NCBI RefSeq assembly: GCF_006345805.1
Contig: NC_043010.1
Span: 22,382,001-22,446,000, forward strand
DNA length: 64,000 nucleotides
Direction of reading: 5' to 3'
From: Octopus sinensis
Lineage: Eukaryota
Shown here piece after piece: positions 1-11,981 of this stretch. Every line of letters begins with the position of its first letter. Positions within the stretch are counted from its first letter, which is position 1. The notes below the pieces were generated by a model. It made no database searches, was not told where the DNA came from, and was given only the letters and a program-made list of their open reading frames with translations. A program made the position numbers and the translations under genes.

Positions 1-285
1 GAACCGCTGGATGGATTCGGATGAAACTGTCAGGGATGTTTGTCCTTGTGACTGATTAGATTTTGGGATTGATCTAGTACCGGACAAGGATTCTGGATTA
101 TTACTTTTCCTGTTTTTTTTTTTCTTAATTTTTGATAGCAGTCAGTTTCATTTTTAGTATTCTCGTTTGTGAGAGGAATCGAATGTATTTCAGCTCTTCT
201 CGTTTTAAAAATCATCTCTGCCTAATTGTTTAGAGGACATTGGTTTTGCCTTGGCAGAGGCTTGTGCTCTCTGAGTGCTCTTGTT
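1..285 (+). mobile_element. 3' part of a non-autonomous Helentron-like element (HINE/DINE-1 type), cut by the window edge
   Basis: Bases 1-80 align with 52665-52755. It ends TTGGCAGAGGCTTGTGCTCTCTGAGTGCTCTTGTT, which resembles the subterminal repeat plus short hairpin end of HINE-type elements (family assignment from recall). Confidence 0.6.
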
Positions 286-359
286 AAGATGGAACTATGT
301 CCATATCTGTCACTTTCCTTGCTAACAAATATCAGATTTCCCCCAAATAATGTAATTTT

Positions 360-1000
360 TTAATGAAATGAAATCCTGAATTTCTGGGAATTACCTCCTC
401 TTTTTTTCAGCGTCGGAGACAGCAACCAAAGATATTTTCTTTTTCTTATTAAGGGACGGATATATTGACTGGGAGTACGAAGTTCAGTGCATACCGATTT
501 ATCTTTTTTCTTCTTCTTTAGGAGCCATATGCAGAACGTAGCTCTTTGCATTCTATTCTAGTCAGGTGTTGGTAGCTATGGTTCATAAACTGACCACAAG
601 TGTGGACAATCCAACCGGTAATTGGGCAGTAAGAACAGGTAAATTACTACGTTGATAAGACGGTGATAGAAACCTGAGAATTTTCAGCCGGAATCGGATC
701 GAATTTTGTTTATTCAGGGCTATTACTAGATTTTCCAATCTGTTCTTGTTTGTTTAATGCTTTATGATTCGCAATAATTTTGACAAACTCATCTGTCTTT
801 GTTTATCAAGGAATACTTCGCTCAATGTCCCTTTTAATTTTAAGATGAAAATTTGGTCCGAGGGAGATTTGATAGCTATTTCTAGCAGGCCAAACGATTT
901 TGTAGAAGCTCATTCTATCATAATTACTGTTATTTAAGCCTTAAATATTCCAGAGATGGCCATCACATTCTTTTTCCAAACAATCTATATTTATAACACA
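360..1000 (-). pseudogene. Heavily decayed Penelope-like GIY-YIG/C-terminal remnant
   Basis: Minus-strand frames give KFDPIP, FTCSYC...HTCGQFMNHSYQHL and LIRKRKYLWLLSPTLKK. These resemble the Penelope DPIP...YKFTC..C..YIG.T...H and IKE.LYI.W.KP.LN motifs, with many stops. Confidence 0.4.
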
Positions 1001-1046
1001 CATTCCCTAGTATATCCTTCCATATTTTAAAACAATATGGAAAGAT

Positions 1047-1204
1047 ACATTATTTACATTTGACGGATATTTGTCCTCGTCTTGTCTGTTTCGGCTAATA
1101 TACTCTCCAGCCTTCATCAGGTGTCTTGGTGCATATTTCGTAGTGGTTAAGAGCACGGACTACTTACCACAAGATTCCGAGTTCGATTCCAGGCAGTGAA
1201 TTGA

Positions 1205-1235
<31 letters not shown>

Positions 1236-1545
1236 TCTTTTCTACTCTAGGTACAAAGCCCGAAATTTGTGGGAAGGGGTCCAGTCGATTAGATCGACCC
1301 CAGTACGCAACTGATACTTAATTTATCTACCCTGAAAGAATGAAAGGAAATAATAATAATAACATCGAAATATACCTTAGGAATGAGAATCCATGTTGGA
1401 AATTTCTCCAAGACACCTGATGAAGGCTGGAGTGTATATTAGCTGTAACGTTGTTAGCAACAATCAAGATTAGGAGAAATATCCGTCAAATGTAAATAAT
1501 GTAAACAATATAAATACTGTACATAATTCCTTATCTCTTAAAAAT
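1047..1545 (+). mobile_element. tRNA-headed SINE with Penelope-type hammerhead tail, preceded by an inverted partial tail copy
   Basis: tRNA-like head 1131-1205 (GTAGTGGTTAA...GAGTTCGATTCC), then (AAT)n, an inserted SINE-B fragment at 1237-1350, and tail 1360-1545 with CTGATGA at 1417-1423. Inverted tail copy at 1047-1129. A second copy lies at 38957-39355 (-). Confidence 0.8.
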
Positions 1546-1793
1546 ACAACTGGAATATGGGGAGACATGAAATATATTCGGCTGCTATTTATAGCAGATT
1601 AATCGACCACAGAGAGCCAGTGTGTTGATTCTGATGATTGTCATTGTTGTTAAGAAAATCCCAGGTGGTTATAGTATTAGTCATGGGGCTAATGGTGGAG
1701 ATCATGTTGCTGATAGTTGTAGTGGTGATAGAATGATACTGTTTACCTCCAGGTTATCCTTGACTCTACAAATCTATGAACAAAAGACTTCCA

Positions 1794-2230
1794 AGTAAAT
1801 ATTGTTTGCCAACATAACATGGCAGTCCTGGTTTAGGTCGAATGTTGCTGTAACTTAGCCCCAGGAGACATCGTCTTCAGCTGGCTATACGACACGATCT
1901 GTATCCTTATATTTTCGAACAAAGGAATCAAGCACCCCCACTCAGCTCAAAACAATATCTGTGTATCGCGATTTCCGGATTATTTCCCTTCACCAGCACA
2001 GAATAATGCGGCTAGAGGTGACGCTGCCAAATTCCCGTTCGTAATGTAAAGTTATAGTCACTGATCTATAAATTAGGAAATTACTGGGATGCTAGATTTC
2101 CTTGTTCAAAAATATAAGGACACAGATCGTGTCGTATTGCCAGCTGGAGACGATGTCTTGTGGGGTTAAATTACAGCAACATTCGACCTAAACCAGGACT
2201 GCCATGTTATGTTGGCAAACAATCTTTACT
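1794..2230. mobile_element. MITE/foldback element with 141-bp terminal inverted repeats
   Basis: Arms 1794-1934 and 2090-2230 match ungapped at 129/141 by manual count. Spacer is 155 bp. CCA flanks both ends (1791-1793, 2231-2233). Confidence 0.85.
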
Positions 2231-4749
2231 CCAAATTACTGTTGCTGAATATCTCTCGTTGTGAAATTTAAAAATAATAATTTTCTGAAATAATAATTTT
2301 GCAGTTTGTAACACTTCCTTTGCTTTTGTATACCAAGGATTGCACTACGTTCTGTAATTTAGATGGAATGATGTGACTTGGATAATTTGTCCATCATCGG
2401 AATGAGATCTAGAGACTACAGTCCGGATACTGTAGTTCAAATTACACTGAATGTGAGAAAAGATAGTGTTTGGAACATCTTTTGTTATAGGCCTCCTCGA
2501 CCAGGGGTTACCTAGAATAAGCAAGAATAGCAGCAACATCTAAATAATGACATTTCTAATACTTAAAAATTATTGGTTATCAAACAGACTGAAAGTACAT
2601 TAAAATATGTATAACTTTACGATTCAGACAGCCTGTAACAGTATTTGGTGCTATTCCAATGAAACGCTTTTCTTATTTTTCATGTCTTCAGAATGGTGGT
2701 AAAAGAGTTAGTGCTATGATCTAAACTCTCTTCTTTTCTTGGTGCTTTCACATAACTGATTCTTGGACAGATGGAGAAGGAAGGAAGAGAAGTGGAATCA
2801 ACCAGCAAACTTGGCTTGAACTCTGTTTACCAACTCCGAAGGGATGAAGTGCAAGGTTGGTTTTGGTGTGATTTGAACTCACTGCACATCCAACCAGAAC
2901 AAATAGCGTAAAGCATTATAGTCAATGTCCTAAAGGTTGTAGCATTTCGCTGTCTTCTCACTCAGAGAATTCATAGAAAGGAATTTATAAAATTTTGGAA
3001 TGACGAGCACGATTCTTTCCTAACAACTGGAATGAACTTTCAGACCACAGAGTTGAAACTGATTCTATGTTTAGAAATGCATAAGTATTCCCTGGAATAT
3101 AATTCATGCCTGCAATTTAGAAACGGGTCTGTAGAAATGTGACTTGGTTCTGCGAAGACTGTGCATTGCTAAAAACCTATCTTCTTGTGCTGGGTTCCAC
3201 CTCCGGAGATTATAACACACTGATGTATTAAATGTAATAAATTATTTGTCTTCCGAGATAAGAAAAGCTTAAAAGTGGTCGATGAGCGTCATTGAAGGAA
3301 ATGTGATTGAAGAAATTAGATTCTACAAATCTTTATGATATTTTGGGGATGGATGGAGAAGCGAATCGGCAAATTTAGGTTTGTGGCAAAAGACGTTTCA
3401 TTGCAAATAGTGCATATGAGAAAGGAAAATATTTTAGAAATGTGTGAGAATGGTAAGCTTGCACAATGGAATTCATTGTCTGTGAGTAGCAAGAAAATTA
3501 TTATCTTCTCACTCACTGTCTGTGTTTTGTCCTAAGTGATTTGCCTGTTCCCATGAGGCTAAGGAAATAGTAAAATTTTCTTTAGAATATATTTCATTGT
3601 GTCACGAAAGCTAAAAGTTATAGAGATTAGCATTGTATGGAAGTGAAAAACTATTTGGAGAAAAGCTGAATAAAAAACTAAAAACAAATAATAAATATAT
3701 TGAAGAAAGGCAGTCACCCGAACGCTCATTGGTGGACTTATGGATTCACTGAGTGACTTCATTAATCACAGATCAACTCAATATATTTATTTCATCGGAA
3801 CTTTTCGCAACACTGGAAAAATGCCAGTTGGCGACAGTTCAATGTCATGCTTGATGAAGGCAAAAACAATAGCTAGCTAAGATCTTCCAAACCCCCATTT
3901 AATACTCCAGTGGAAGAAAATCAATTGCTATGTTGTATTTTGGGGAAGTTAACAACAATATTTAGCTGGAATTAACTGTCAAAGTTGATATTACTAACCT
4001 CAAACGTAGAAAATATCAAGAATAATCTTTATTCCTTATCATTGTAATTTATTAATAAAAGCTTTCTCACTTTGCCAAGATATTATGAGTCAATTTATCA
4101 ATAGCAGTTATCGAAAATGAATTATTGAAATGCTTCAGCACCAATATGATATTTAATATTTTCGAACAGAAATGTATTATTGCATTTTAGGCAATTAACT
4201 CTCATTCAAAATGACTTTTGTATTCAGGGGAAGGTGGCGGGGTGTAATCGATATATATTTCTATGTGTGATACAAAAATAATCTCGAGACTATTTGCTTG
4301 AAATTCTATTACCATATTAATGTCTGATCGGTAATATTAATTGCAGAGAGCAGTGGAGTTCACCGAGGCTCTCAGTACTTCCAATTAAGTGCTTTACAAA
4401 TTAGGACTTACTTTCGACAGATTTTGAGTTCAAATTTCATCAACGATAATGTCCGCTTTCAGTACTCCCAGGGGGGATCAATAATATAAGGACAAGGAAT
4501 ATAATGAAAGTTTTCGAAGGGAGTCGCCATATTCAACAAATTCGACTCTCTAAAAAAAATTTAAAAATTAAGCACTTTCCTCAGCAGACATGCTGTTCTG
4601 AGTATTGCTGTCACTTGTTAACTTCCTACAAAGATTAATATTTTCAGCTTTACATGTCCGATCATTGCTTCCTTTGAGACGTCCCCATGTGCTCAGATCA
4701 CAATAGCTATCACACTCATCTCTTAAGCTCTGCGGTTGCGTTTCACTTT

Positions 4750-5250
4750 GAGAGCTAGGTCTTGGCACTTTTCAAATTTCCCGTTCTTTCTCTTTTCACG
4801 ATATTCTTATCTAAAGGTATGGCTTCGTCGATAAAGGTCCATTCTTCAAAATCTTTTGTTGAGAGGTGATACCTGGCTGGTTATATTGCAGTTCCTTAAC
4901 CGTGTACATTGGTATATCCATGTAAGTTACATCTGATCACTCTCTGCTATTGGTAAAAGTTGGTGCTCATATAACTTGCTGGAACATTCTAGCCCGAACT
5001 TCTTGCTCAATTCCCAGTGCAATGCCAATGCTACTTTGTCTTGGCATTTTTGTACTAATTTGGGGCCGGTTTTCAGCATCCAATAATTCTAACTGTTTCG
5101 GGATTTTTCATAGAATCTGCACAAAGTTGACACTGCTGTTTTATCAATGCTACACTTGATTGAATTGGTTCATAAAACTTGTTCTTGAGCAGCAAACATC
5201 AATCTTTCTTCAAATATCCATGTCTTAACTACTTTCGATATTCTTCATTT
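4750..5250 (-). pseudogene. Decayed R4/Dong-like RLE non-LTR 3' coding fragment
   Basis: Minus translation AAQEQVL*TNSIKCSIDKTAVSTLCRF...DKVALALHWELSKKFG parallels the intact motifs at 26070-26280. Confidence 0.65.
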
Positions 5251-5349
5251 CTGAAGCGTGGGTAAGGAGTAGACAGAAGTGGAGAAACACTTCCAGATGA
5301 TGAGCGCGTAAAAGAAGCTTTGCACTGTAAGTGTGGTACGGGAGTTAAG

Positions 5350-5750
5350 GAATCATCATCATCATTGTTCGACCGTGGTCGAGACAATGGAATTTACCAT
5401 GCTACGCCATACTTCATGATCCATCATAGCATTACGGAGGTCCTGTTGCTGGATGCCTGTATCCCTGGAGATTACATCAGGGTAGGAGAGTGTGCGCCCT
5501 CTGGTATTGCGAGTAGATGGCTTCCAGAGGAGAAAAGTAGAAATTGCCTCGTTTTCAGCTCTACAACAATATCCAGCAAACTGGACTCTCCTACCTTTCA
5601 CAAGAGATGATACAGGTGGTAGTTTCCCATATATTTGCATTTTGCATGGATGACGCTTCCACGAGAGATTTTGAGCTCTCATAAGGAGGCGAATGTAGGT
5701 TCCAGTTAAGGAGTAGACAGAGGAGCAACTGGTCAGTATCGAAAGCAAAA
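5350..5750 (-). mobile_element. RTE-clade LINE 3' end
   Basis: ORF 5362-5748 GTYIRLLMRAQNLSWKRHP...RRVQFAGYCCRA...W resembles an RTE C-terminus and is followed by a (GAT)n tail. Confidence 0.75.
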
Positions 5751-5821
5751 CTACAAGTAACGTAACAAAGCTGTAACTGTCTAGGAAGAAAGGTTGAAAT
5801 AGAGAATTGGCTGGAAAAGAG

Positions 5822-5914
5822 CAGCGGTTCCCAAACTTTTCACAACCAAGGACCTCTTATATTTTAACGAGTTTTCCCACGGACCCCTTTTGTTATGCCT
5901 ATCGTTATGTGTAT

Positions 5915-5992
<78 letters not shown>

Positions 5993-6771
5993 GGATGGAT
6001 AGACAGACAAACAGGCAAATAGATAGACAGACAGAGAGGGAGAGAGGGAGATAGTTAGTTAGATAGACAGACATACAGGTTGGTAGATAGATAGATAGGT
6101 AGTTAGATAGATAAGTTTCTTTATTGGCCACACAGGGCTGCACACAGATGGGACAAGTTACAAGGTAGAGCTTTTCTTTTGGGGGATGAAAAAAACAAAA
6201 AACAAAAGAAACAAAAAAAGGGGGTGGCGTAGGTTTTCGATCAAGAGGGATCGTAAAAGGAAGAAAAGAAAAAAAAAAGAAAAAAGAAAAAATAAAAAAA
6301 AAGAAGAAAAGGAAAAGGAACAAAAGAAAAGAGAAATGAAAAAAGAAGAGCAAAGAGGTAAAAAGGGAAGAGGAAAAAAACGATCAATAGGGATCGTGTA
6401 TCACAGTGTTATAATATATGGTGTAAAGGGGAAAGTAAGGTTTATCCGTGGGAAGAAAAGCCTACGAAAAAGACCACGGTAACCTTGGTCAATATTGTTA
6501 TATGTTACCACATTTGTTTGCAAGTGGGTAACCCTCTGTTTTCAATTTCTGGGTTCATAGGATTATGCTCAAGGTGGCTTCGTCATTCATTCGTGCCATC
6601 CTTGCTACATGCACCCATCTTTTTTTAAAACATTCGCTAGACAAAACTTGCCTCTCTACTCTCACTTTCCTTTTCAAGTGGTACTTGAAGAAGTTGAATA
6701 GAGATTGACCAGAGAGGAAAGTGTTTGTCTCCAATCCTTTCAGACGCGTCCACCAGATACATTCTTTCGCC

Positions 6772-6860
<89 letters not shown>

Positions 6861-6882
6861 AAGAAAGAAAGAAAGAAAGAAT

Positions 6883-6943
<61 letters not shown>

Positions 6944-6996
6944 TACTAACTTTGCGGACCACCAGGGGTCCGTGGACCGCAGATTGAGAACCACTG
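5822..6996. mobile_element. hAT (Charlie-like) non-autonomous element interrupted by (GATA)n and a Tx1 fragment
   Basis: Left end CAGCGGTTCCCAAAC (5822) and right end GATTGAGAACCACTG (6996) are imperfect TIRs. The 8-bp flanks match at only 5/8. Confidence 0.65.
6114..6772 (-). mobile_element. 5'-truncated Tx1/L1-like LINE (ORF2 C-terminus plus 3' UTR) inside (GATA)n
   Basis: [12 protein letters not shown]...[18 protein letters not shown]...RWVHVARM, then a UTR with AATAAA (6120-6125) running into (TATC)n. The UTR is repeated at 62288-62558. Confidence 0.7.
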
Positions 6997-7029
6997 AAAT
7001 ACAGGATAATGTTTTGAACTAAACCAAGT

Positions 7030-7510
<481 letters not shown>

Positions 7511-7539
7511 AACAACAACAACAACAACAACAACAACAA

Positions 7540-9700
7540 GAGGTTATCCACTCCACAGAAGACAGTGTCAGAAATATGACTAAAAAGATAAGCAACTGGA
7601 AAGCAGAAGAACCTGATGGTGTACAGGGATTTGGGATGAAAAAGTTTAGTAGTTGATCGCTGAACAATTTCATGCATTGATCAAAGGAGAAGAAGAAATC
7701 CGGGGTGGTTGACAAAAGGACGAACGGTGTTGTGTTTGAAGGATGCATCGAAGGGTAATGCACCTGACAATTATAGACCAATTCCCTGCTTCCCATTAAT
7801 GTGGAAGTTATAGTCAGGAGGAATTGCGGAAGAACTGTATAAATTTCTTGGTGAGGACGATATATTACCGCCCGAACGAAAAGGCTGTAGAGGGAGATGC
7901 AGAGGTACCAAAGATCAACAATTGATAGATAAAATGGTAAAAGAAGGAGAACAATCCTGGGAATGGCCTGGATTGACAATCGCAAAGCTTATGATATGAT
8001 TCCACATTCGTGAATAATCGATTGCTTTGATCTGTTTAGAATTGAGTGGAATGTAACGGGTTTCCCGAAGATATGTATGGTGGGATGGAAAACTGAACTG
8101 ATATCTTACGGAAAAAGCTTGGGCACCGTGGGTATCAGAAGAGGAATTTTCTTGGGTGATAGCCTATTTCCGTTGCTTTTTGTTCTCTGCTTGATACCTT
8201 TGACCTTGGTACTTAGGAAAATGAACCTGAGGTACCAACTAAAGGAAAAACTCCAAACAATCAACCACCTCCTCTTCATGGATGATTTGAAACTGTATGG
8301 TAGTTCCTTGGTGAACACGGTCCACTATTTTAGTAATAATATTGGATTCAAGACGTGCAGAATAATCTACGTAAAAAGAGACAGGGCAGAGTCCCTAGCA
8401 GGGATGGAATTACCGAATAGTGACTTGATTAAACAAATTGAAACGGAAGCATACAAATACCTCGGTGCACTAGAGTTCAATGAGATAATGGAAAAGGAAA
8501 TGAAAGAGCAAATGAGGATGGAGTATTTCCGAAGACTGAGGTAAGTGTTGCGCTCAAAATTGACTGGATGGAATAAAAGCCAAGCAATTAATACATTGGC
8601 AATAGCATCCCTTCGGTATGGAGGGGAAATTATAAAATGGCAAAAGAGAGAAATAAAGGAAATGGATACCAAGACCAGAAAAATGTTGACGGTACACGGA
8701 GCTTCCCACCCTAAGAGTAACACTAATAGGCTGTACTTGTCCAGAAGAAAGTGTGGGAGAGGTTTGATCAGTTGTCAGGACTGTATCGAAGCAGAGGAAA
8801 ACAGCTTAGAGTGGTATATAAAAAATGCCGTGAAGCCAGCGTTGAAGCACACGAAGAAGGCCGACGTCATCAAAACTGAAAATTGTGAAACGAAAGAAAA
8901 ATTTGAACAAGAAATGAATAAAAAATAAAGGAAGAGCATGGAAGGAAAAGAAAATGGGCGATTAGTTTGCAAGAGATGTGAACGCCAAGACAGATATAGA
9001 GGACCAGTGGCTATGGAAGATGAGGAGTGACCTGAAGACCAGCCAGAAGCACTCATATGCGCAGCTCAGTAACAAGCGTTAAGGATCAACTATATGAAGT
9101 GCAGAATAGACAACACTACCGATTGCGACAAATGCGGAATGTGTATGGAGAGGGGTGAAATGGTATGGCACATTGTAAGCGAATGCCCGAAACTGGCACC
9201 ACGCGAATACAAAAAACACCAAGAAAATGTGGCCAGAATGATCCGTTGGGAGCTCTGCGGAAACCACGGCCAAGAAAGAGCAAGGACGTGGTATGAGGAA
9301 ACTACAGAAGAAGTCACCAAAAATGAGAATTGCAAAATCATGAGGGATACTATGATTCAGTGCGATCACCCGACAAGTAATGGGAAAACGGACATTGTTG
9401 TGTTGAATAAAAAAAAGAGAACATGTATGATAATCGACATAGCATGTCGATAGGATCAATGTGAAAGAAGAATAAAAAATATACAACTATGACGATTTGA
9501 AGTGGGAAATACGATGGTTGTGGTCAAGGAAGAGAGTAATAGACGTGATGCCAATAGTAATTGGTGCACTTGGAAGTATCAGCACTCAACTACCAACATG
9601 GCTGAAAAAGATTGGTGCAAGTGTGAAGGTAGAATACCTCCAAAAATCAGCATTGCTTGGAACTGCAAAAATTCTTCGCAGGGTTCTTGAAGCATGACGA
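7540..9700 (+). mobile_element. R4/Dong-like non-LTR retrotransposon (RT, CCHC finger, RLE endonuclease), frameshifted
   Basis: [46 protein letters not shown]...HIVSEC, KTDIVV..IDIAC, PIVIGALG and LLGTAKILRRVL appear in order across frames. Confidence 0.9.
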
Positions 9701-9736
9701 GTAAACAAGTTTCACATTATGATTATTATTGTTATC

Positions 9737-9935
9737 GGCACGCTGGACGAAATTCTTAGCGGTATTTCACCCGTCATTACGTTCTCAGTTCAAATTCCAC
9801 CAAGGTCGACCTAACCTTTCATCCTTTCGGGTTCGATAAAATGAGTACCAGTTGAGCACTGGGGGTCGATGTAATCATCTTAATTCCTTCTCCCAAATTT
9901 GAGGCCTTGTGTTTCCACTAGAAAGGATTGTTGTT
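9737..9935 (+). mobile_element. SINE family B copy
   Basis: Matches 20751-20979: B-box-like CAGTTCAAATTCC and core CCTTTCATCCTTTCGGG..GATAAAATGAGTACCAG. Confidence 0.8.
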
Positions 9936-11030
9936 ATTATTGTTATTATTATTATTTTTTTGTGTGGTCGTCGTGGTGGTAGTCGGGGTGTTACTGTTGT
10001 TGTTGTTATTATTTCCGACTTATGTACCAAGCTAGGAATATTGAGTGGAGAGGGACTTCGTCGATGCTATCCATCACAGCCCTTGACTAGTACTGTATGT
10101 TTATTGATCTTGGGAGGATGAATTCGATCTCAGAGCGTAAAACTGCAAAAGAATCACTGCAAGGCATTTTCCGATTGTCCAACGATAAGAAAATATTGTG
10201 AGATTGCAACAAAATATAGCCATTGACATTTTATAATAAACGAATGAAATCTTTATAATAAACCAATCAAATCTTACATAAACAATAGAGACAATTAATC
10301 GATTAATCTTTATTTGAGACAACTAACGTATAACAAATGTCTGCATTAGGTGGTGTTCGAAAACCACTTGTAAGCAAACTAATGAAAGACCAACAACAAA
10401 CCGATTCAGTCTCCACCCACTTGAAAACGATGAACCATAAAAATAAAATCGTAGCGTCCAAACCAATATATGAATAAAAAGTAATGCATATTTGGGATTT
10501 AATTCACAAAATATGCAGAAACTGGAGCAGGAAAAATTTGACACTACCATAAATAAATTAGACGATACACAAATAAAATCATGAGGTAAATAAGCGAGTT
10601 GACTTTACTTCTCCAGTATTGAAAACGAATATGTTTATATTTCATATGTATATTTTAGAGCAGCCTTCTCACTATAAAACGAATTTTGGGCCATATATAT
10701 TGGGTCATATTCGGAGTGAATGGCACAGATCTAAATATGGCATTGGGCTACAACGAATAATTAACTTCTCGAAGTAGTTATAAAAATTTGGATAATGTAA
10801 GAAATCGTAAAAGAACTTTTAAAACAAAGAGTATAGGATATAAAAGGAGCACTAAATAAAAGAATAACAAAAATAAAAATATTGACAATGTTTATATATG
10901 TATATATATACATATATAAACATATATATATATATATACATATATATATATGTGTATATATATATTTATATATATGTATGTGTATACACACATATATATA
11001 TACGTATATATATATATATATATGTGTGTG

Positions 11031-11113
<83 letters not shown>

Positions 11114-11456
11114 AAAGTAAGATAGGGGTTATGAAAGTAACCCACTATGGGATATCAGTTATCCAATATACTGCTGGTAAAGTACCCAAATACTAAATAC
11201 AAAATGCTTTTAATTGCAATGCAATTAATTCATTTATAGTATTGAATGGGTGAAGGTGAAAAATATTTTTACCGTAAATTCATAATACAAATAAGAAAAT
11301 GGAGAAACAAATTCATTTCGATGATCAACTTACGGATATTACAATTTCACATTATATATTAATTAATTATACAAATGGGAACATCAAAATCGACCAAAAC
11401 AATATACATCAATATGTAATATAATAATAAAAATAAAAATAATACAAATAAACTGC

Positions 11457-11577
11457 TCCTTACAGCTGTTTCAGCCTATGGTAAAAAGTCAATCCAACTG
11501 AATTTGCCTATAGATGCCATTGTAGGCATTAAAAATTAGATTTGTGTGTTTAAATAACCAAAGGCCTCGTCAGAGGA
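11457..11577 (-). ncRNA. Candidate minimal type I hammerhead ribozyme (Penelope-type)
   Basis: Minus strand reads TCCT-CTGACGA-GGCCT-(84 nt)-AGGCT-GAAAC-AGCT-GTA-AGGA. All core positions are present; stem III is the palindrome ACAGCTGT and the triplet is GUA. Confidence 0.7.
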
Positions 11578-11597
11578 TATACATAACTAGAAAAGTA

Positions 11598-11662
<65 letters not shown>

Positions 11663-11780
11663 GTATATATATGTATGTATGTATGTATGTATGAATGTAT
11701 GTATGTATGTATGTATGTATGTATGTATGTATGTATGTATGTATGTATGTATGTATGTATCTATCTATCTATCTATATAT

Positions 11781-11930
11781 GCCCAGGTCGGAGCAATCTC
11801 AAGATTAATCAGCCGAAATTGCGAAGATGATCCGGTTCTTGACTGATGACTGAGGGCTTCGAATGTCCCGTCCTCTGGTTCTTGTGTCGTCTTCTAGGTG
11901 TTTCACCTTCTTGTCCCAGTTTGTATATAT
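11781..11930 (+). mobile_element. Diverged solo fragment of the 18-19 kb direct-repeat family with the permuted hammerhead-like motif
   Basis: Aligns with the reverse complement of 18100-18245. Confidence 0.8.
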
Positions 11931-11944
11931 TTTTTACTTTTTAC

Positions 11945-11981
<37 letters not shown>

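Noticed and set aside
1131-1205. tRNA-like sequences here and at 39281-39355, 45860-45935 and in family A heads
   Set aside because: No complete cloverleaf or acceptor stem, and each runs into a repeat body, so they are SINE heads rather than tRNA genes.
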